DNA of 49,690 bases, from IMG/VR virus record IMGVR_UViG_3300027707_000027, positions 1 to 49,690 of that record; one strand, 5' to 3'. This stretch comes from a virus. Its lineage: Duplodnaviria > Caudoviricetes. Under the pieces are notes generated by a model that made no database searches, was not told where the DNA came from, and worked only from the letters and a program-made list of their open reading frames with translations. The translations under genes and the position numbers were made by a program. Shown here in pieces: positions 1-10,000 of this stretch. The stretch's first letter is position 1; the number at the start of each line of letters is the position of its first letter.

Positions 1-1
1 A

Positions 2-142
2 GACTTCCACATGGGCCGTAACTCCAGGAAGACTGTCTACAACGACATCGAGCTAATCCTCAGAGACTCCAGCAAAATCGAGCAGTTCATCGAAATCTAC
101 GAGAACCACACAGGCGACAAGGAAGTGGATACGGACTGGTGA
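2..142 (+). CDS. C-terminal end of a phage replication (initiator/replisome organiser-like) protein, truncated by the window start
   Basis: The frame from position 2 reads DFHMGRNSRKTVYNDIELILRDSSKIEQFIEIYENHTGDKEVDTDW*. Its TGA overlaps the next GTG start (GTGA coupling), and it lies directly upstream of a helicase-loader-like gene. Confidence 0.55.
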   Translation, partial: DFHMGRNSRKTVYNDIELILRDSSKIEQFIEIYENHTGDKEVDTDW

Positions 143-609
143 GCATTACCAAAGAGGAGACAGCCCTGTTCGTTAAGCAGGTCTACGCCACATACAACCA
201 GCCACTCATCAAGGTAGATGAGAAGGATGTCTATAGGGCCTGGTACGACTTACTGCACGACCTTCCACACGACGACATACGAACAGCATTCCTCAAGCTC
301 GCCACTCATGCGAAGTTCATGCCTCGCCCAGGTGACGTCCGAAGAGCAACAATAGATTACCTCACTAAATTACCCCCACATCCTGACGCCTATTTTGCTT
401 GGGGTATTTTTCAGGGGATAGTAAGAGACATGAACTCTGGTGTCGGTAATGAAATACCCAAACCAGAATCACTCATCAAAACTTTGCAACAATTGGGGGA
501 CGCAGCTTTAGGCATGCACACCAATGGTGACAGAGAAGTGTTCGTACGAATATACGAAAAGGTTGTCGACGAGCTCGACAAAGCCAAGTACGACATCAAG
601 CCTGAGTAG
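139..609 (+). CDS. Replicative helicase loader/inhibitor-like protein (SPP1 G39P-like)
   Basis: N-terminal pattern TKEE...YATY...AWYDLLHDL..DDIRTAF...KFMPRPGDVR resembles G39P-type helicase loader/inhibitors. Confidence 0.6.
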   Translation: MSITKEETALFVKQVYATYNQPLIKVDEKDVYRAWYDLLHDLPHDDIRTAFLKLATHAKFMPRPGDVRRATIDYLTKLPPHPDAYFAWGIFQGIVRDMNSGVGNEIPKPESLIKTLQQLGDAALGMHTNGDREVFVRIYEKVVDELDKAKYDIKPE

Positions 610-932
610 AGCCTTCTCCACAGAAGCGCCAATCAGCAAACCCCAACAATAGTTACCCATTTATTATGGGATAATTGAGTGGTACACGCGCGCCCGGAAT
701 TATGCCGGCCCCAAAACCGGTAAGCGTTTCGTATTTGTCACCGACAAAATTTTGTGAAAAAGAAAAAACCGCCGCAAGGACGAACTTTTTTGCCTTTTTT
801 GGGCTAATGTTTCCTCATGCTTCGTCTGATTGCCATTGCTGTTTCGGTTCTTGCGATATGGAGAATAACCTTTTCCAATATGCCATTTGTAGCTAGGACC
901 CTTATTGCCTTCGGTATAGCCATTGTTGTGAA

Positions 933-938
933 TAGAAT
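933..938 (+). promoter_or_regulatory. -10 element TAGAAT, leaderless promoter for the 945 ORF
   Basis: TANNNT hexamer exactly 6 nt upstream of the GTG at 945, the same spacing seen at many other genes in the window. Confidence 0.55.
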
Positions 939-944
939 GCTCTG

Positions 945-1121
945 GTGAAACGAAATCCGGGTAGGCCTGTAGTTCATCCGACAACTGAGAGAACTTCTAT
1001 TACCCTCAAGGTTTCTAGGGAGTTTAAGGAACAACTTATTGCTCAGGCTGAGGGTTTCGATATGACCCTTACCGAATATATAACTACTCTGGTAAAACGA
1101 GATGGCACGCAAAACAGCTAA
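945..1121 (+). CDS. Small ribbon-helix-helix DNA-binding protein (58 aa; absent from the ORF track)
   Basis: Manual translation gives MKRNPGRPVVHPTTERTSITLKVSREFKEQLIAQAEGFDMTLTEYITTLVKRDGTQNS*: a GRP arm, an alternating beta strand (ITLKV) and two helices. It has its own -10 element and overlaps the next gene. Confidence 0.7.
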   Translation: MKRNPGRPVVHPTTERTSITLKVSREFKEQLIAQAEGFDMTLTEYITTLVKRDGTQNS

Positions 1122-1446
1122 GAGTAAATTCCCAGACAGGATGCACACTCTGCAGATTCGCTGTACTGGTAAACAGAAGAACGACATCATTGCGTACTCT
1201 GAGAAGATTGATGTCTCAATAAATCAGTTAGTTCTTTATGCAGTATGGGATTTCATGAGGAATCAAAAGGGAATATCTTCTCCAGGACCTTCGCAGTTCT
1301 CTATGTCAACCTTTGAAGACGTACTCACTGCTTACGCTAGAGGGGAGAGACTGCTTCAACCTTGTGGTCAACCTCAATGTGAACAGGTACTTACTAACAT
1401 TTCTGGTATGGAGTTCTGTACTGTATGTAATTACAGGGTCGGTTAG
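1102..1446 (+). CDS. Ribbon-helix-helix (Arc/HicB-like) protein with a C-terminal Cys4 zinc-ribbon
   Basis: LQIRC...K..IIAYSEKIDVSINQLVLYAV fits an RHH pattern; C-terminal CGQPQC...CTVC. Confidence 0.6.
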   Translation: MARKTAKSKFPDRMHTLQIRCTGKQKNDIIAYSEKIDVSINQLVLYAVWDFMRNQKGISSPGPSQFSMSTFEDVLTAYARGERLLQPCGQPQCEQVLTNISGMEFCTVCNYRVG

Positions 1447-1455
1447 TAATGGATT

Positions 1456-1788
1456 CTAACTACCCCACATTTGTGCGAGTGTTGGTCTTGTTGGCTTTAT
1501 CTTTCTCTTTCTCTGTTCTGCTGCTAGCTGTCTACTAGTCAATCCTGCCCACACTCCGTGCATGTCTGCAGGTGGAAACTCAAGTGCGTACTCTAAACAT
1601 TTCTTCTGTACTGGGCATCCCTTACAGATAGCTCTTGCCTGTGCAATGTAAGTAATATCCTTATGTTCTTTGGGGAACATTAGTGGGGTCTTTCCTTTAC
1701 AGGCAGCTTGGTCAAACCATGCTTTTGTATCAATATACGGTACATGAAAAGGTGTGACACTATTTTTACTAGACTTTGATTTGGGCAT
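1456..1788 (-). CDS. whiB: WhiB family Fe-S transcriptional regulator
   Basis: W..QAAC...FP...ARAICKGCPVQKKCLEYAL...GVWAGLT: four conserved Cys plus the G(V/I)WxG turn. Confidence 0.95.
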   Translation of the reverse strand: MPKSKSSKNSVTPFHVPYIDTKAWFDQAACKGKTPLMFPKEHKDITYIAQARAICKGCPVQKKCLEYALEFPPADMHGVWAGLTSRQLAAEQRKRKIKPTRPTLAQMWGS

Positions 1789-1984
1789 TATAATTAAGTC
1801 TTCTTTCTTGAGTGTTTAAATAAACAAGACTTAATCTAAGCACATAGTGCATACTGTAAACGGATAAGGTCAATCAGTAGTAATACCAATCCCCCAGTTA
1901 CTTGTTCTCTTCCCTCTCTAGGTTTAGTTCCTCCTAGGGGATTACACGGAGTTCGTAAACCGTGGCCGTTTAATAAGGCGCGAT

Positions 1985-2608
1985 TTACGCTCTGGCCTTC
2001 TTCTCTACACCCTGAGAGAGAGTTTGATACGGAGGACCCGTGTAGGGGTCAAACTTTGCGGCGATAGTTAACGCCTTCATGCCAATTTTCTTTGCGGTCT
2101 GAATGGTTAATGGATACTTTGGTATCAAACATTGGAGGGCACCTAGAGCAAACTGTGCTCCAGTCCCTACTGCGAACACCCCATCTGAGCTAGATATCCA
2201 TGAGTAGTCGCCATCAATGATGTAAATAACTCCATTTATTGACATGATTATGGTCGAGTTGTGTTCCGCCATATGTTCAGATTGCTCGTTTTGTGGGGAC
2301 GCATATCCCTGCGTTTCGAAGCACTCCCTTAGCGCTGGAATGAATTTAGTGGTTACGAACTGGTCTAGTTTTTTGCCTTTAATGTTTACGGCTGGAGTTG
2401 GGGGTTGGAAGGCATGGTGAAGAATATTGATGGCTCTTAGGTCTCCTGCTGCACCGAGCAAGTACTTACCATTAACCGCAACCTTGCCAGTAGAGTCCCT
2501 TAATGTTGCAATTTGCGTTGCTACACCAGAGTCATCGACGTCGGATATGCGCGAGTCAACACAGACTACGCAGAAGCCATCGCCCTGAATCCCCACTATT
2601 GTTGTCAT
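1985..2608 (-). CDS. Proteasome beta-subunit/HslV-like Ntn-hydrolase (threonine protease)
   Basis: Starts MTTIVGIQG...VDSRIS (Thr1 nucleophile, DS motif); also GK, GAAGD, AVGTGAQFALGAL and D.YTG motifs. Confidence 0.85.
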   Translation of the reverse strand: MTTIVGIQGDGFCVVCVDSRISDVDDSGVATQIATLRDSTGKVAVNGKYLLGAAGDLRAINILHHAFQPPTPAVNIKGKKLDQFVTTKFIPALRECFETQGYASPQNEQSEHMAEHNSTIIMSINGVIYIIDGDYSWISSSDGVFAVGTGAQFALGALQCLIPKYPLTIQTAKKIGMKALTIAAKFDPYTGPPYQTLSQGVEKKARA

Positions 2609-2613
2609 CCGCC

Positions 2614-2799
2614 TTACTCCTCAGTTTTAAAAAAATTCCTCGCCTCGTCTATGGAATCGAGAATCATGGAGCCTTCCTTGACGAAGGATGTTCCCTTGGG
2701 TGTTGGGCCGTAAAGCCACTCCCCGGTTTCCATGATTCCTACAACCTCAATGAGTCCAAGTTTTATTAATTCGCTAAGCGCTTCTTGAATGTCGTCCAT
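2614..2799 (-). CDS. Small hypothetical protein (winged-helix-like fragment)
   Basis: MDDIQEALSELIKLGLIEVVG...WLYGPTPKG. Start moved to the ATG at 2799 to avoid overlapping the upstream gene. Confidence 0.55.
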   Translation of the reverse strand: MDDIQEALSELIKLGLIEVVGIMETGEWLYGPTPKGTSFVKEGSMILDSIDEARNFFKTEE

Positions 2800-2819
2800 G
2801 TCGAGAATCCCCACTTCGA

Positions 2820-4046
2820 CTAGGCGAAGTACTCTATCCCTCTGAACATTCCTCTGCCATTGAATATCCACATGGGCTCGTAGTTGAAGTATTCCCCATC
2901 AACGCCTTTGGGCTGATATTGGACAACTCCTAATCCTTGTTGCCAGTTCTCTGCTCCTTGGAGGATTGGTACGCCATGTTCATTGAGACCAGACTTCACT
3001 GATGGAACGGCGCCGTCTATTCTGCATAGACATCCAGGACTTGCGGCCATGATTGTTCGTGGACCTTGGTCGGTTTCCCTGGTTTGATAAGCGAGTTCGT
3101 TTCTATGGATATGTCCGTATATCACCGACACAGAGTTGGTGTTTAGATACTTATTGGTTGTGCTTCCGTTAGATACGACCTTGTCTCCGTGGACAATCCT
3201 TAGGTTCGAGTTAACGTAATAGGCGGCTTCTGGGTATCCAGATAGATACTCAATTTCGAGTTCATCCATCCACAGGAGGACCGGAAGCGATAGAACCGGC
3301 CACTTGTCCCTCAGTTCATTGTTCTTGGGATTAATTCCTCTTGTCAAACCGAATGCTGCTTCTGCATTTAGTTGAATATATGAAGGAAGTCGCTTTTCGT
3401 GGTTGCCCTGAATCCAGACAATCTTTGCTTTTGGTGCGGCCGCTCTTAGGTCTTGTAGGAATTCAGCAGCTCTATCAAGAGCAGGCTGAATCATTTGTTT
3501 GAAAGTTGGGGCAGTTAGGTATTTGCCGAATTCAGCAAAGTCTAAATTATCACCAACCATAATAACTTGGTCTGGATTTACATCCGATATCACCTGTAAG
3601 GCAACAGACAGGGCTGCATCATCATGAATTGCCACCAGTTGGGCGTCATGAGCGGCTCCAGTCTTGTAAAAACCGAACTGTATATCAGGGACAATAACTG
3701 CCGTTTCCCAACCACCCTTGTTGGACGATTTTGTCTTTGACTTTTGTCGTTGTTTTGCAGGCCTTGGAGCCGTTGTGATTAAAGGCCATTCTGGTCCGGT
3801 ATCCCATTTTGGGGAAAGCTGGATGGTCGTCGTTGTCTTGCCAGTTGGGACGCCATTCTTGTCTGGTCCTATGGCATGCCTAATCGCGACCTTTTGTATA
3901 TTGCCAATCTCATCAAGGTTGATATTGTTCTTCATGACAAGTTCGGCAAGTCTTGCCGCGATATCCGAATTTGACTTGTTTTTATCGGTCTCTTCGGCCA
4001 ACTTTGACAAATTGGACTTTATGGTGTTTTTCGGTTTCATTGGCAA
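2820..4046 (-). CDS. Calcineurin-like metallophosphoesterase
   Basis: Motifs PDIQ, GDNLD, GNHE, VHGD and GHIHR in the canonical order. Confidence 0.88.
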   Translation of the reverse strand: MPMKPKNTIKSNLSKLAEETDKNKSNSDIAARLAELVMKNNINLDEIGNIQKVAIRHAIGPDKNGVPTGKTTTTIQLSPKWDTGPEWPLITTAPRPAKQRQKSKTKSSNKGGWETAVIVPDIQFGFYKTGAAHDAQLVAIHDDAALSVALQVISDVNPDQVIMVGDNLDFAEFGKYLTAPTFKQMIQPALDRAAEFLQDLRAAAPKAKIVWIQGNHEKRLPSYIQLNAEAAFGLTRGINPKNNELRDKWPVLSLPVLLWMDELEIEYLSGYPEAAYYVNSNLRIVHGDKVVSNGSTTNKYLNTNSVSVIYGHIHRNELAYQTRETDQGPRTIMAASPGCLCRIDGAVPSVKSGLNEHGVPILQGAENWQQGLGVVQYQPKGVDGEYFNYEPMWIFNGRGMFRGIEYFA

Positions 4047-4312
4047 ACGCCATCCCTTTCATCCCCAAGACAGCATTCCATACTCGTATCTGTGAAACAC
4101 TTTCTTTTTTCGGCAACGAACTCCCTGCGGATATGTATGCCGTCAGAGTTCAGGGCTTTTGCTATCTCCATATGTGATGCTCCGCTTTTAAGAACTTGTA
4201 CCAAAAGGGATTTTTCATCTTCTGGGAGTTCCTTGTAAATCCTCCCAAATTTGCACAAACTTTTTGTGTGAGAATTCTCGATTATTGTTTTTAGGTTCTC
4301 TTTTAGTCCCAT
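4037..4312 (-). CDS. Hypothetical protein, possible HTH
   Basis: SHMEIAKALNSDGIHI helix-turn-helix-like segment with flanking Cys; overlaps the start of the phosphoesterase gene. Confidence 0.55.
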   Translation of the reverse strand: MGLKENLKTIIENSHTKSLCKFGRIYKELPEDEKSLLVQVLKSGASHMEIAKALNSDGIHIRREFVAEKRKCFTDTSMECCLGDERDGVCQ

Positions 4313-4452
4313 ACCCACCTGATAGCCTCCCCTTGTGAATGATTTTTGTGTAAGCTTCGATTGCAGTCAGATATCGCGCTGGCGCGGCATCTGTGTTCTA
4401 TCAGAGATATTACATGAATGTAGTTCGTCAAACGGGGATAACTTGAGAAAAC

Positions 4453-4899
4453 ATGGAAAATAAATTAAAGTCCAGTGACATCAAGAAATTGATTGAGGCC
4501 AGCCTCGCTCGGGGAGGGGTAAAAGGCGACGAGGTTTTGCTGGACATATTAAATGTCCTTGAATCTGAAAAGGTTTTTAAATACTGTCAAGACGACGTCA
4601 TTGGACTTCTTTCCACCCCAGGCAGAATAATGGTCGTTTTGTCCGAAGACCCCACAATGACGAGTAGGTCGCTTTCCGAGTATCTGGACCTAAGCGAAAC
4701 AATGATTGACAAAACCCTTAAATCCCTTATACACGAAGGCCTGATTACAAAGACAAAAGTAGGTCGACAAAATACCTACAAGATTCTCTCAGAAGAGACA
4801 AAAAAACACCCTGATATACGGCATCTGAAATCCGTTTTGGGATTCTTGTCGGGAGATGAAAACCCGTCACCGAAGGTTGTGGAAGACGAGCCCTTCTAA
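4453..4899 (+). CDS. Winged-helix (MarR/ArsR-like) DNA-binding protein
   Basis: DPTMTSRSLSEYLDLSETMIDKTLKSLIHEGLITKTKVGRQNTY is a typical wHTH pattern. Confidence 0.8.
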   Translation: MENKLKSSDIKKLIEASLARGGVKGDEVLLDILNVLESEKVFKYCQDDVIGLLSTPGRIMVVLSEDPTMTSRSLSEYLDLSETMIDKTLKSLIHEGLITKTKVGRQNTYKILSEETKKHPDIRHLKSVLGFLSGDENPSPKVVEDEPF

Positions 4900-4913
4900 T
4901 AGCCTGTTTATCC

Positions 4914-5279
4914 ATGACCCAGTCCATGAATGCAGCAAACGAAGTCAAGGTAACATTTAAGAGCGGTTCATCTACCGCAAATCTTTTAAATTACGCAAAC
5001 ATCAGGAAGCGCAGACCGTTTAAAGCGCAAGATGTCAAGATGGTATTGGCGGGAAAATTTCCAAACGTTTACGAGGCCAGGAGAAGCATTCAGGTGCTTG
5101 TTAAAAATAAGTGTTTACAGGAGGTAAGCAAGGAAGAGTTCCTTATCACCTCTTATGGCCAAAAGGTTTTGACGTTTTTTGCATATCGAGACATTCAGCC
5201 TGCCGGCAGAACACGCTTAAACGCCGACAAATTAAGAATCAAATTACTTGATGAAGAAGATAAGAAATTAGGCCTCTAA
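4914..5279 (+). CDS. Hypothetical protein, possible winged helix
   Basis: RRSIQVLVKNKCLQEV...FLITSYG wing-like motif; clean ORF following the 4453 gene. Confidence 0.55.
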   Translation: MTQSMNAANEVKVTFKSGSSTANLLNYANIRKRRPFKAQDVKMVLAGKFPNVYEARRSIQVLVKNKCLQEVSKEEFLITSYGQKVLTFFAYRDIQPAGRTRLNADKLRIKLLDEEDKKLGL

Positions 5280-5290
5280 AGCCACTGATA

Positions 5291-5623
5291 TCATGTATTG
5301 GATATTAGCCAAGCCTTGAATGTGTCATCAGTCTTGGGCATGAACCAGACCTGAGCAACATCAAGATTCCGTCTATCACCAAGTATCGTCCAGCAAATCT
5401 CTATTTTTTCTTCTGCTGGGCAGACTCCTGCGTTGCATTCCATTCCGTACCTAGTTAAAAACCACTGAACGAGGCAACCGTAATCTCGCTCGTAACAAAT
5501 CCCATCATCATCGTTATTGCATCCAACTTCAACTACTTCTAGCTCCGAGCGGCTTATACGCAGAACGATATAGTGCCCGTCGTTATGCCAGACCATTTCT
5601 GATTGGTTAGTTTTTTCAGCCAT
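5291..5623 (-). CDS. Hypothetical protein
   Basis: 110-aa ORF rich in Cys and Trp, filling the gap between neighbouring genes. Confidence 0.6.
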   Translation of the reverse strand: MAEKTNQSEMVWHNDGHYIVLRISRSELEVVEVGCNNDDDGICYERDYGCLVQWFLTRYGMECNAGVCPAEEKIEICWTILGDRRNLDVAQVWFMPKTDDTFKAWLISNT

Positions 5624-5730
5624 TTGGATAAATTACAAAAAACCTATTCGGCTTCCTAGAGGGTGGTACAAACAACTTACCACCGGATAGTCGTGGTCTA
5701 GAGTAAAGATTAAAGCAACAAATTTAGTTG

Positions 5731-5952
5731 CTAAACCTCTTCGTTGCGCTTAACGGAAACAACACAACCGACGCCACAGTAAAGTACGGATTTGTACTCA
5801 CGGACCATTCCTTTGCCACGCGAACTGCCGCACGAAGGGCAAGTGTGCTTTACGCCCTTGTAACCTACGTACATCACATTGATGCCAGTATCAACCTTTA
5901 CTGTTGGTGCGACGGAGTTGGAGATGTTTCGCTTTGCTGGCTTGTTTGCCAT
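5731..5952 (-). CDS. Small zinc-finger protein
   Basis: CPSCG...YCGVGC; start is coupled to the stop of the upstream gene. Confidence 0.6.
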   Translation of the reverse strand: MANKPAKRNISNSVAPTVKVDTGINVMYVGYKGVKHTCPSCGSSRGKGMVREYKSVLYCGVGCVVSVKRNEEV

Positions 5953-6269
5953 TACACGTCTCCCTTTGCGTGGTCATTGATGTGACCATCTAGTTTTTCC
6001 TCAACCCTGTCTAGGGACTTATTGTTTCTGTCAATGGACTTGCCGAGGCTTTTGCCCATTTGATTAATCATGCCGACTACCGTTGCGTGGTCTGCTTTGT
6101 TCTGCTTCCATTCGGCCCTGGCTTCTTCGCCGCGCCTTTTACCAGCCTTGTAAACAAACTGGAGATATGCAACAGCAACGAGGCTGCTCGCCGTAATCAC
6201 CGAAACAATTATGTTCTGCCAGTTAGTCATGTCTGCCGCTGGAGTTATGAGTGTTTCGGCGCCGAACAT
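5952..6269 (-). CDS. Single-TM membrane protein downstream of the endolysin (holin or lysis accessory candidate)
   Basis: N-terminal hydrophobic helix (IIVSVITASSLVAVAYL), then a coiled coil ending LDRVEEKLDGHINDH; translationally coupled to the endolysin. Confidence 0.6.
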   Translation of the reverse strand: MFGAETLITPAADMTNWQNIIVSVITASSLVAVAYLQFVYKAGKRRGEEARAEWKQNKADHATVVGMINQMGKSLGKSIDRNNKSLDRVEEKLDGHINDHAKGDV

Positions 6270-7021
6270 TAATTGAGTCCGAGAATTTCTTTAACTTTTG
6301 GACCGACAACGGAATCTGCATTGAGTTTATTTGCAACCTTTAAAGCCTTGACTGCTGCATCTGTCGCAGCATCTTTCAGACCGTTGATTTCACCCTTGTA
6401 GAACCCCTTGGCCTTCAGAGCCTCTTGTAGGGCTTTGTGGTCGTGGATAGGGGGTGTTGTGTTTAAGTTAACCACTGGAGCAGCGCCACCAGTAAATGCA
6501 ATTACGGCTGGTGTTGGATTGTCGCCAGTTACCAATCGCAAATGCCATGGTTCGCTAGGAACAACTTCCCAAGAAAATCCAAACGCTTCAACATTTGCAA
6601 TGAGCCAATTCAATCGCTTTGGTTCTGATGCACTAGAAATATCTACGGCCAAACCGAGATTATGATTCGACTTCCCCGGTGTCGCCAGCATGGCCATACC
6701 TTTTTTTAGGTACCAGGTTTTTCCTTCGAACGTCTTAGTGCTTGTTCCTGCAACTGGTTCCAAAACGTAGCGCTGCTTGAAGCCCGCCAGTTGGCTCTCG
6801 TATGTGCGATATAAATCGCCGGAACTCGTGGGTTTGAGCTCGACTCCGTCTGCTTTGGCTTTTGCGACCATTGCGTTCCAAGCGTCTGCGGCTCTGTGGT
6901 GGAGTTTCCCTCCGCCTGGGATTGCTCTAAGCAATGATTCTGGCAGTTTTCCAGGTGTAACCCCCTTCAAGTCTTTTGGCATAACGATTGGAACAATGTA
7001 ATCCCATGCAAGTTTTCCCAT
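6269..7021 (-). CDS. Endolysin: M15/VanY-like peptidase with a C-terminal peptidoglycan-binding domain
   Basis: YRTYESQ, ATPGKSNHNLGLAVD (SxHxxGxAxD) and EPWH motifs; C-terminal LQEALKAKGFY...DSVVGPK PG-binding-type domain. Confidence 0.9.
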   Translation of the reverse strand: MGKLAWDYIVPIVMPKDLKGVTPGKLPESLLRAIPGGGKLHHRAADAWNAMVAKAKADGVELKPTSSGDLYRTYESQLAGFKQRYVLEPVAGTSTKTFEGKTWYLKKGMAMLATPGKSNHNLGLAVDISSASEPKRLNWLIANVEAFGFSWEVVPSEPWHLRLVTGDNPTPAVIAFTGGAAPVVNLNTTPPIHDHKALQEALKAKGFYKGEINGLKDAATDAAVKALKVANKLNADSVVGPKVKEILGLN

Positions 7022-7094
7022 AATCAAAATCTCCCAATGTGTTCCAGTTTGGAACTAGTTTATTTTACAACACCAATAGGTTTATTTATGCCTA

Positions 7095-10000
7095 CTAGCC
7101 CTCATCTGGCTCTTTCATGTGAAGGTACATGGATGCAGTAAATGCTAAGAGAGTTCCCCAAAGGGCAATCTTTTGTGTAAATCCAGAAAGAGTGAAATAC
7201 ATGACCGTGGCACCGGCAAGTGTGAACCCAGATGCCATAACTCCGTAAACAAACTTTCTTGCAAAGTTCTTCCAGTCCATAACCCTCACTCCATCCTCAT
7301 ATTTGTAAATAGATATCTGCTTAATCCAATCTGGGCTTTCGCCTTCGATTGCTCCACCCTCTTCTGTCTCTTCTTCTTCTCTCCGAGCCGCGACATCTTG
7401 TCGTGGTGCAGAAGGCGCAGAAGGTCCAGGGGTTGGTATTCCACCAGCAGCAGCAGCAAGAGCCACCGTACTGGTCACCAAGTTTACCGCAATAACACTT
7501 CGTCTCGTACCAACATCTATGGAAGAACCGATTGCGGTATATGTATCGAACACGCCGGCGAACACATTTATCTCTTCTTCAAATGATTCCTTAACATCGG
7601 TTGGTGCCTCGGTGAGTGCCTCTGAAATTGCAGCACCAGCTTCTTCTGAAACCTCAGCAACAACGATTGCATTAAACACTGAGGCTGCTTGTTCGCCGTC
7701 AATGCTTTCCAACACTTTCGGGCTTGTCGCCAGTTCTGTTGCTTGTTCAGAATCAACACCACCTTCTTGCTCGATGATTAATGTGACAACCGTTGCTACC
7801 TGTGCTTCTGAAATGGATTCCGATTCAAGGACATTTACGATTACGCCAACAGATTCTTTGTCTAACTCTGTGCCCAATACGGCAGTGAAAGTTTCAACCA
7901 AAACTTCATTACTTACTTCGTCGTCAAACACGGCACCCAGAGCAGAACCCAACGCTTCCGAGGTGAGGTTCTCTGCCAACACATCCACGATGAGGTCAAT
8001 GGTTTCTTTATCCGAAAGGTCTCCGTCAAATGCCGCCTCAAACACTGCATCCAGTTCTTTGACATCTAGTTTTTGATTGAGGAGGTCACCGACTACGGCG
8101 GACATCTGAGTAACGGTTGCTTCTTCGCTGAAGACTGCTTCCATGACGGAACCCAGTTCTTGCTTGCTGAGCGGACCGTCAAGCAACGCACCCAAAACTG
8201 CGATTGTGTTTTTCGTGTCTGATATATCTTCAAACACTTTGTCCATGATTGTTTCTAGTTGAGTAGCGGTAACAGGACCATCAAGCAACCCTTCCAATAT
8301 CTTGGTTGTCTCGTTGGCGGTCATTGGACCGTCAAACACTTTGTCCAACACTGCATCAAGTTGTTTGCTTGATACATCTGCTTCAAGGAATGCGCCAATG
8401 ACGTTGGCGACATCTTCTGGTTTATTTATGTTGTCAAAGACTGCATCAACTGTTTTGCCAAAGGTCTTATCCGTAACTTCCGTAAAGTTGACTTCCTCAA
8501 TCACTGCACCAATTTGAGTTGATGTAGCGTTACTTGGCAATTTGTTAAAATCGCTCGGCAAACCGATAACATTAGGAAATGCCGTTGGAACTGTTACTGT
8601 CGTTACTGGAACTATTACTGTCGTTACCGGAACTGTTATGGTTGGTAATACGATTCCAGGTAATGTTCCTACAGGAAGCGTCACCGTTGTGGATTCTGTT
8701 TCAGGCTCTGGGTATTGCGGCAGTGGCACTGTTGTACCGTCTGGGGGAGTCACGACGACAGGAACGACGCTCGTACTGGTCGTCCCAGTATCAACAGGTG
8801 GAATAACAACAACTGGCGGTACATAAACGGGAACAGTCGTAGTAGTTGTAGTAGTCGTAGTTACTGGAGTTGGGTCGATAACAGTTGCATCAACAGTTAC
8901 TTCAGGACCGTACACACATGAACCTACGCCCTGATTAGAAAAGCAACTTTGATTTCCCGCTTTAATACCAAAGCGCACAGGTCCGTATCCAGTCGTGACG
9001 GGATTACTTCCAGAGAACATTCCAGTGCTTAACGAGTAGTTGGTTCCTTGGTTGGTCCAAACTCCCCAGCCACCCGAAGTTGCTCCACCAATTACGGTTA
9101 GGTCATAGAAACTAACCGAGTAAGCGTAGATAGCAGTATTACTTGCCGCTGATGCATCCCAGTCAAGGTCAACACTTCCGTCTACGTTTGCAACAGCCGT
9201 CAGGTTTGTGACCGCATTAAGGTACGCCGCGGTAATTGTGTTCCCAGACTCTACATATCCAGAACCAGAAAATGTTGTTGCGTTTGAAGTACTAGCGCCA
9301 AATGTGTTTCCTGTTGCAGTGGAGAAAGAGTTTGCACTTACTCCGTTGTACATCGAAGAGCCGGTATTCCAGTTGTTTGCAAACTGAATAGCGGTGGTGT
9401 TGCCGTTGAATGTATTACCTGAAACTGTTTGGTTGCCAGCGCCAACCGCCCAATCCGTTGGAATCCAAGACGAGAAATACACGCCAATACCGTTTGAAGT
9501 AAATGTCGAGTTAGTCACCTGCTGACGGTTGAGACCGCCTAGTTCCGCACCAACCTGTGTGTTGCTAATAAATTGGGTGTTGTTTATCTTGAAGAATCTT
9601 TCTCCAGATATTCCGTAAGTATTATTAGAAAAAACCGAATCATAAACATATGTGCGGTTCGTATAATCGGAATCCGTTTGGCTTAAAGCCGATGGCGTCG
9701 AACCATAGTCTCCAGCAATACCGACATATAGATAATCAAATGTTGTATCCGTGAGAGTGGAGACAGAACCTCCTCCATTGTTGAACACGGCAGAGCCTGC
9801 TGTCATCCCTGTAAAGCGAACATCGGTTGCAGAGAAAGTGCCTGCACCGTTATTCACAAGACCGCCGTTTGTGGCTTGTCCTTTTTTGAGTGTCATGTCA
9901 GAAATCGTCAGCGACTTGCCAGACGAGATATTGAATGGACGATACAAATTGTTGCCGTCAATAATGGTGGAAGTTAAACCAGCACCAGTGATTGTCAAGT

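Noticed and set aside
700-1190. Minus-strand ORFs 700-984 and 804-1190 and plus-strand ORF 675-896
   Set aside because: No protein-like motifs; 804-1190 conflicts with the better-supported RHH genes on the + strand.
1945-1964. Short hairpin CACGG...CCGTG as a terminator
   Set aside because: Only a 5-bp stem with a long loop and no clear U tract; too weak to call.
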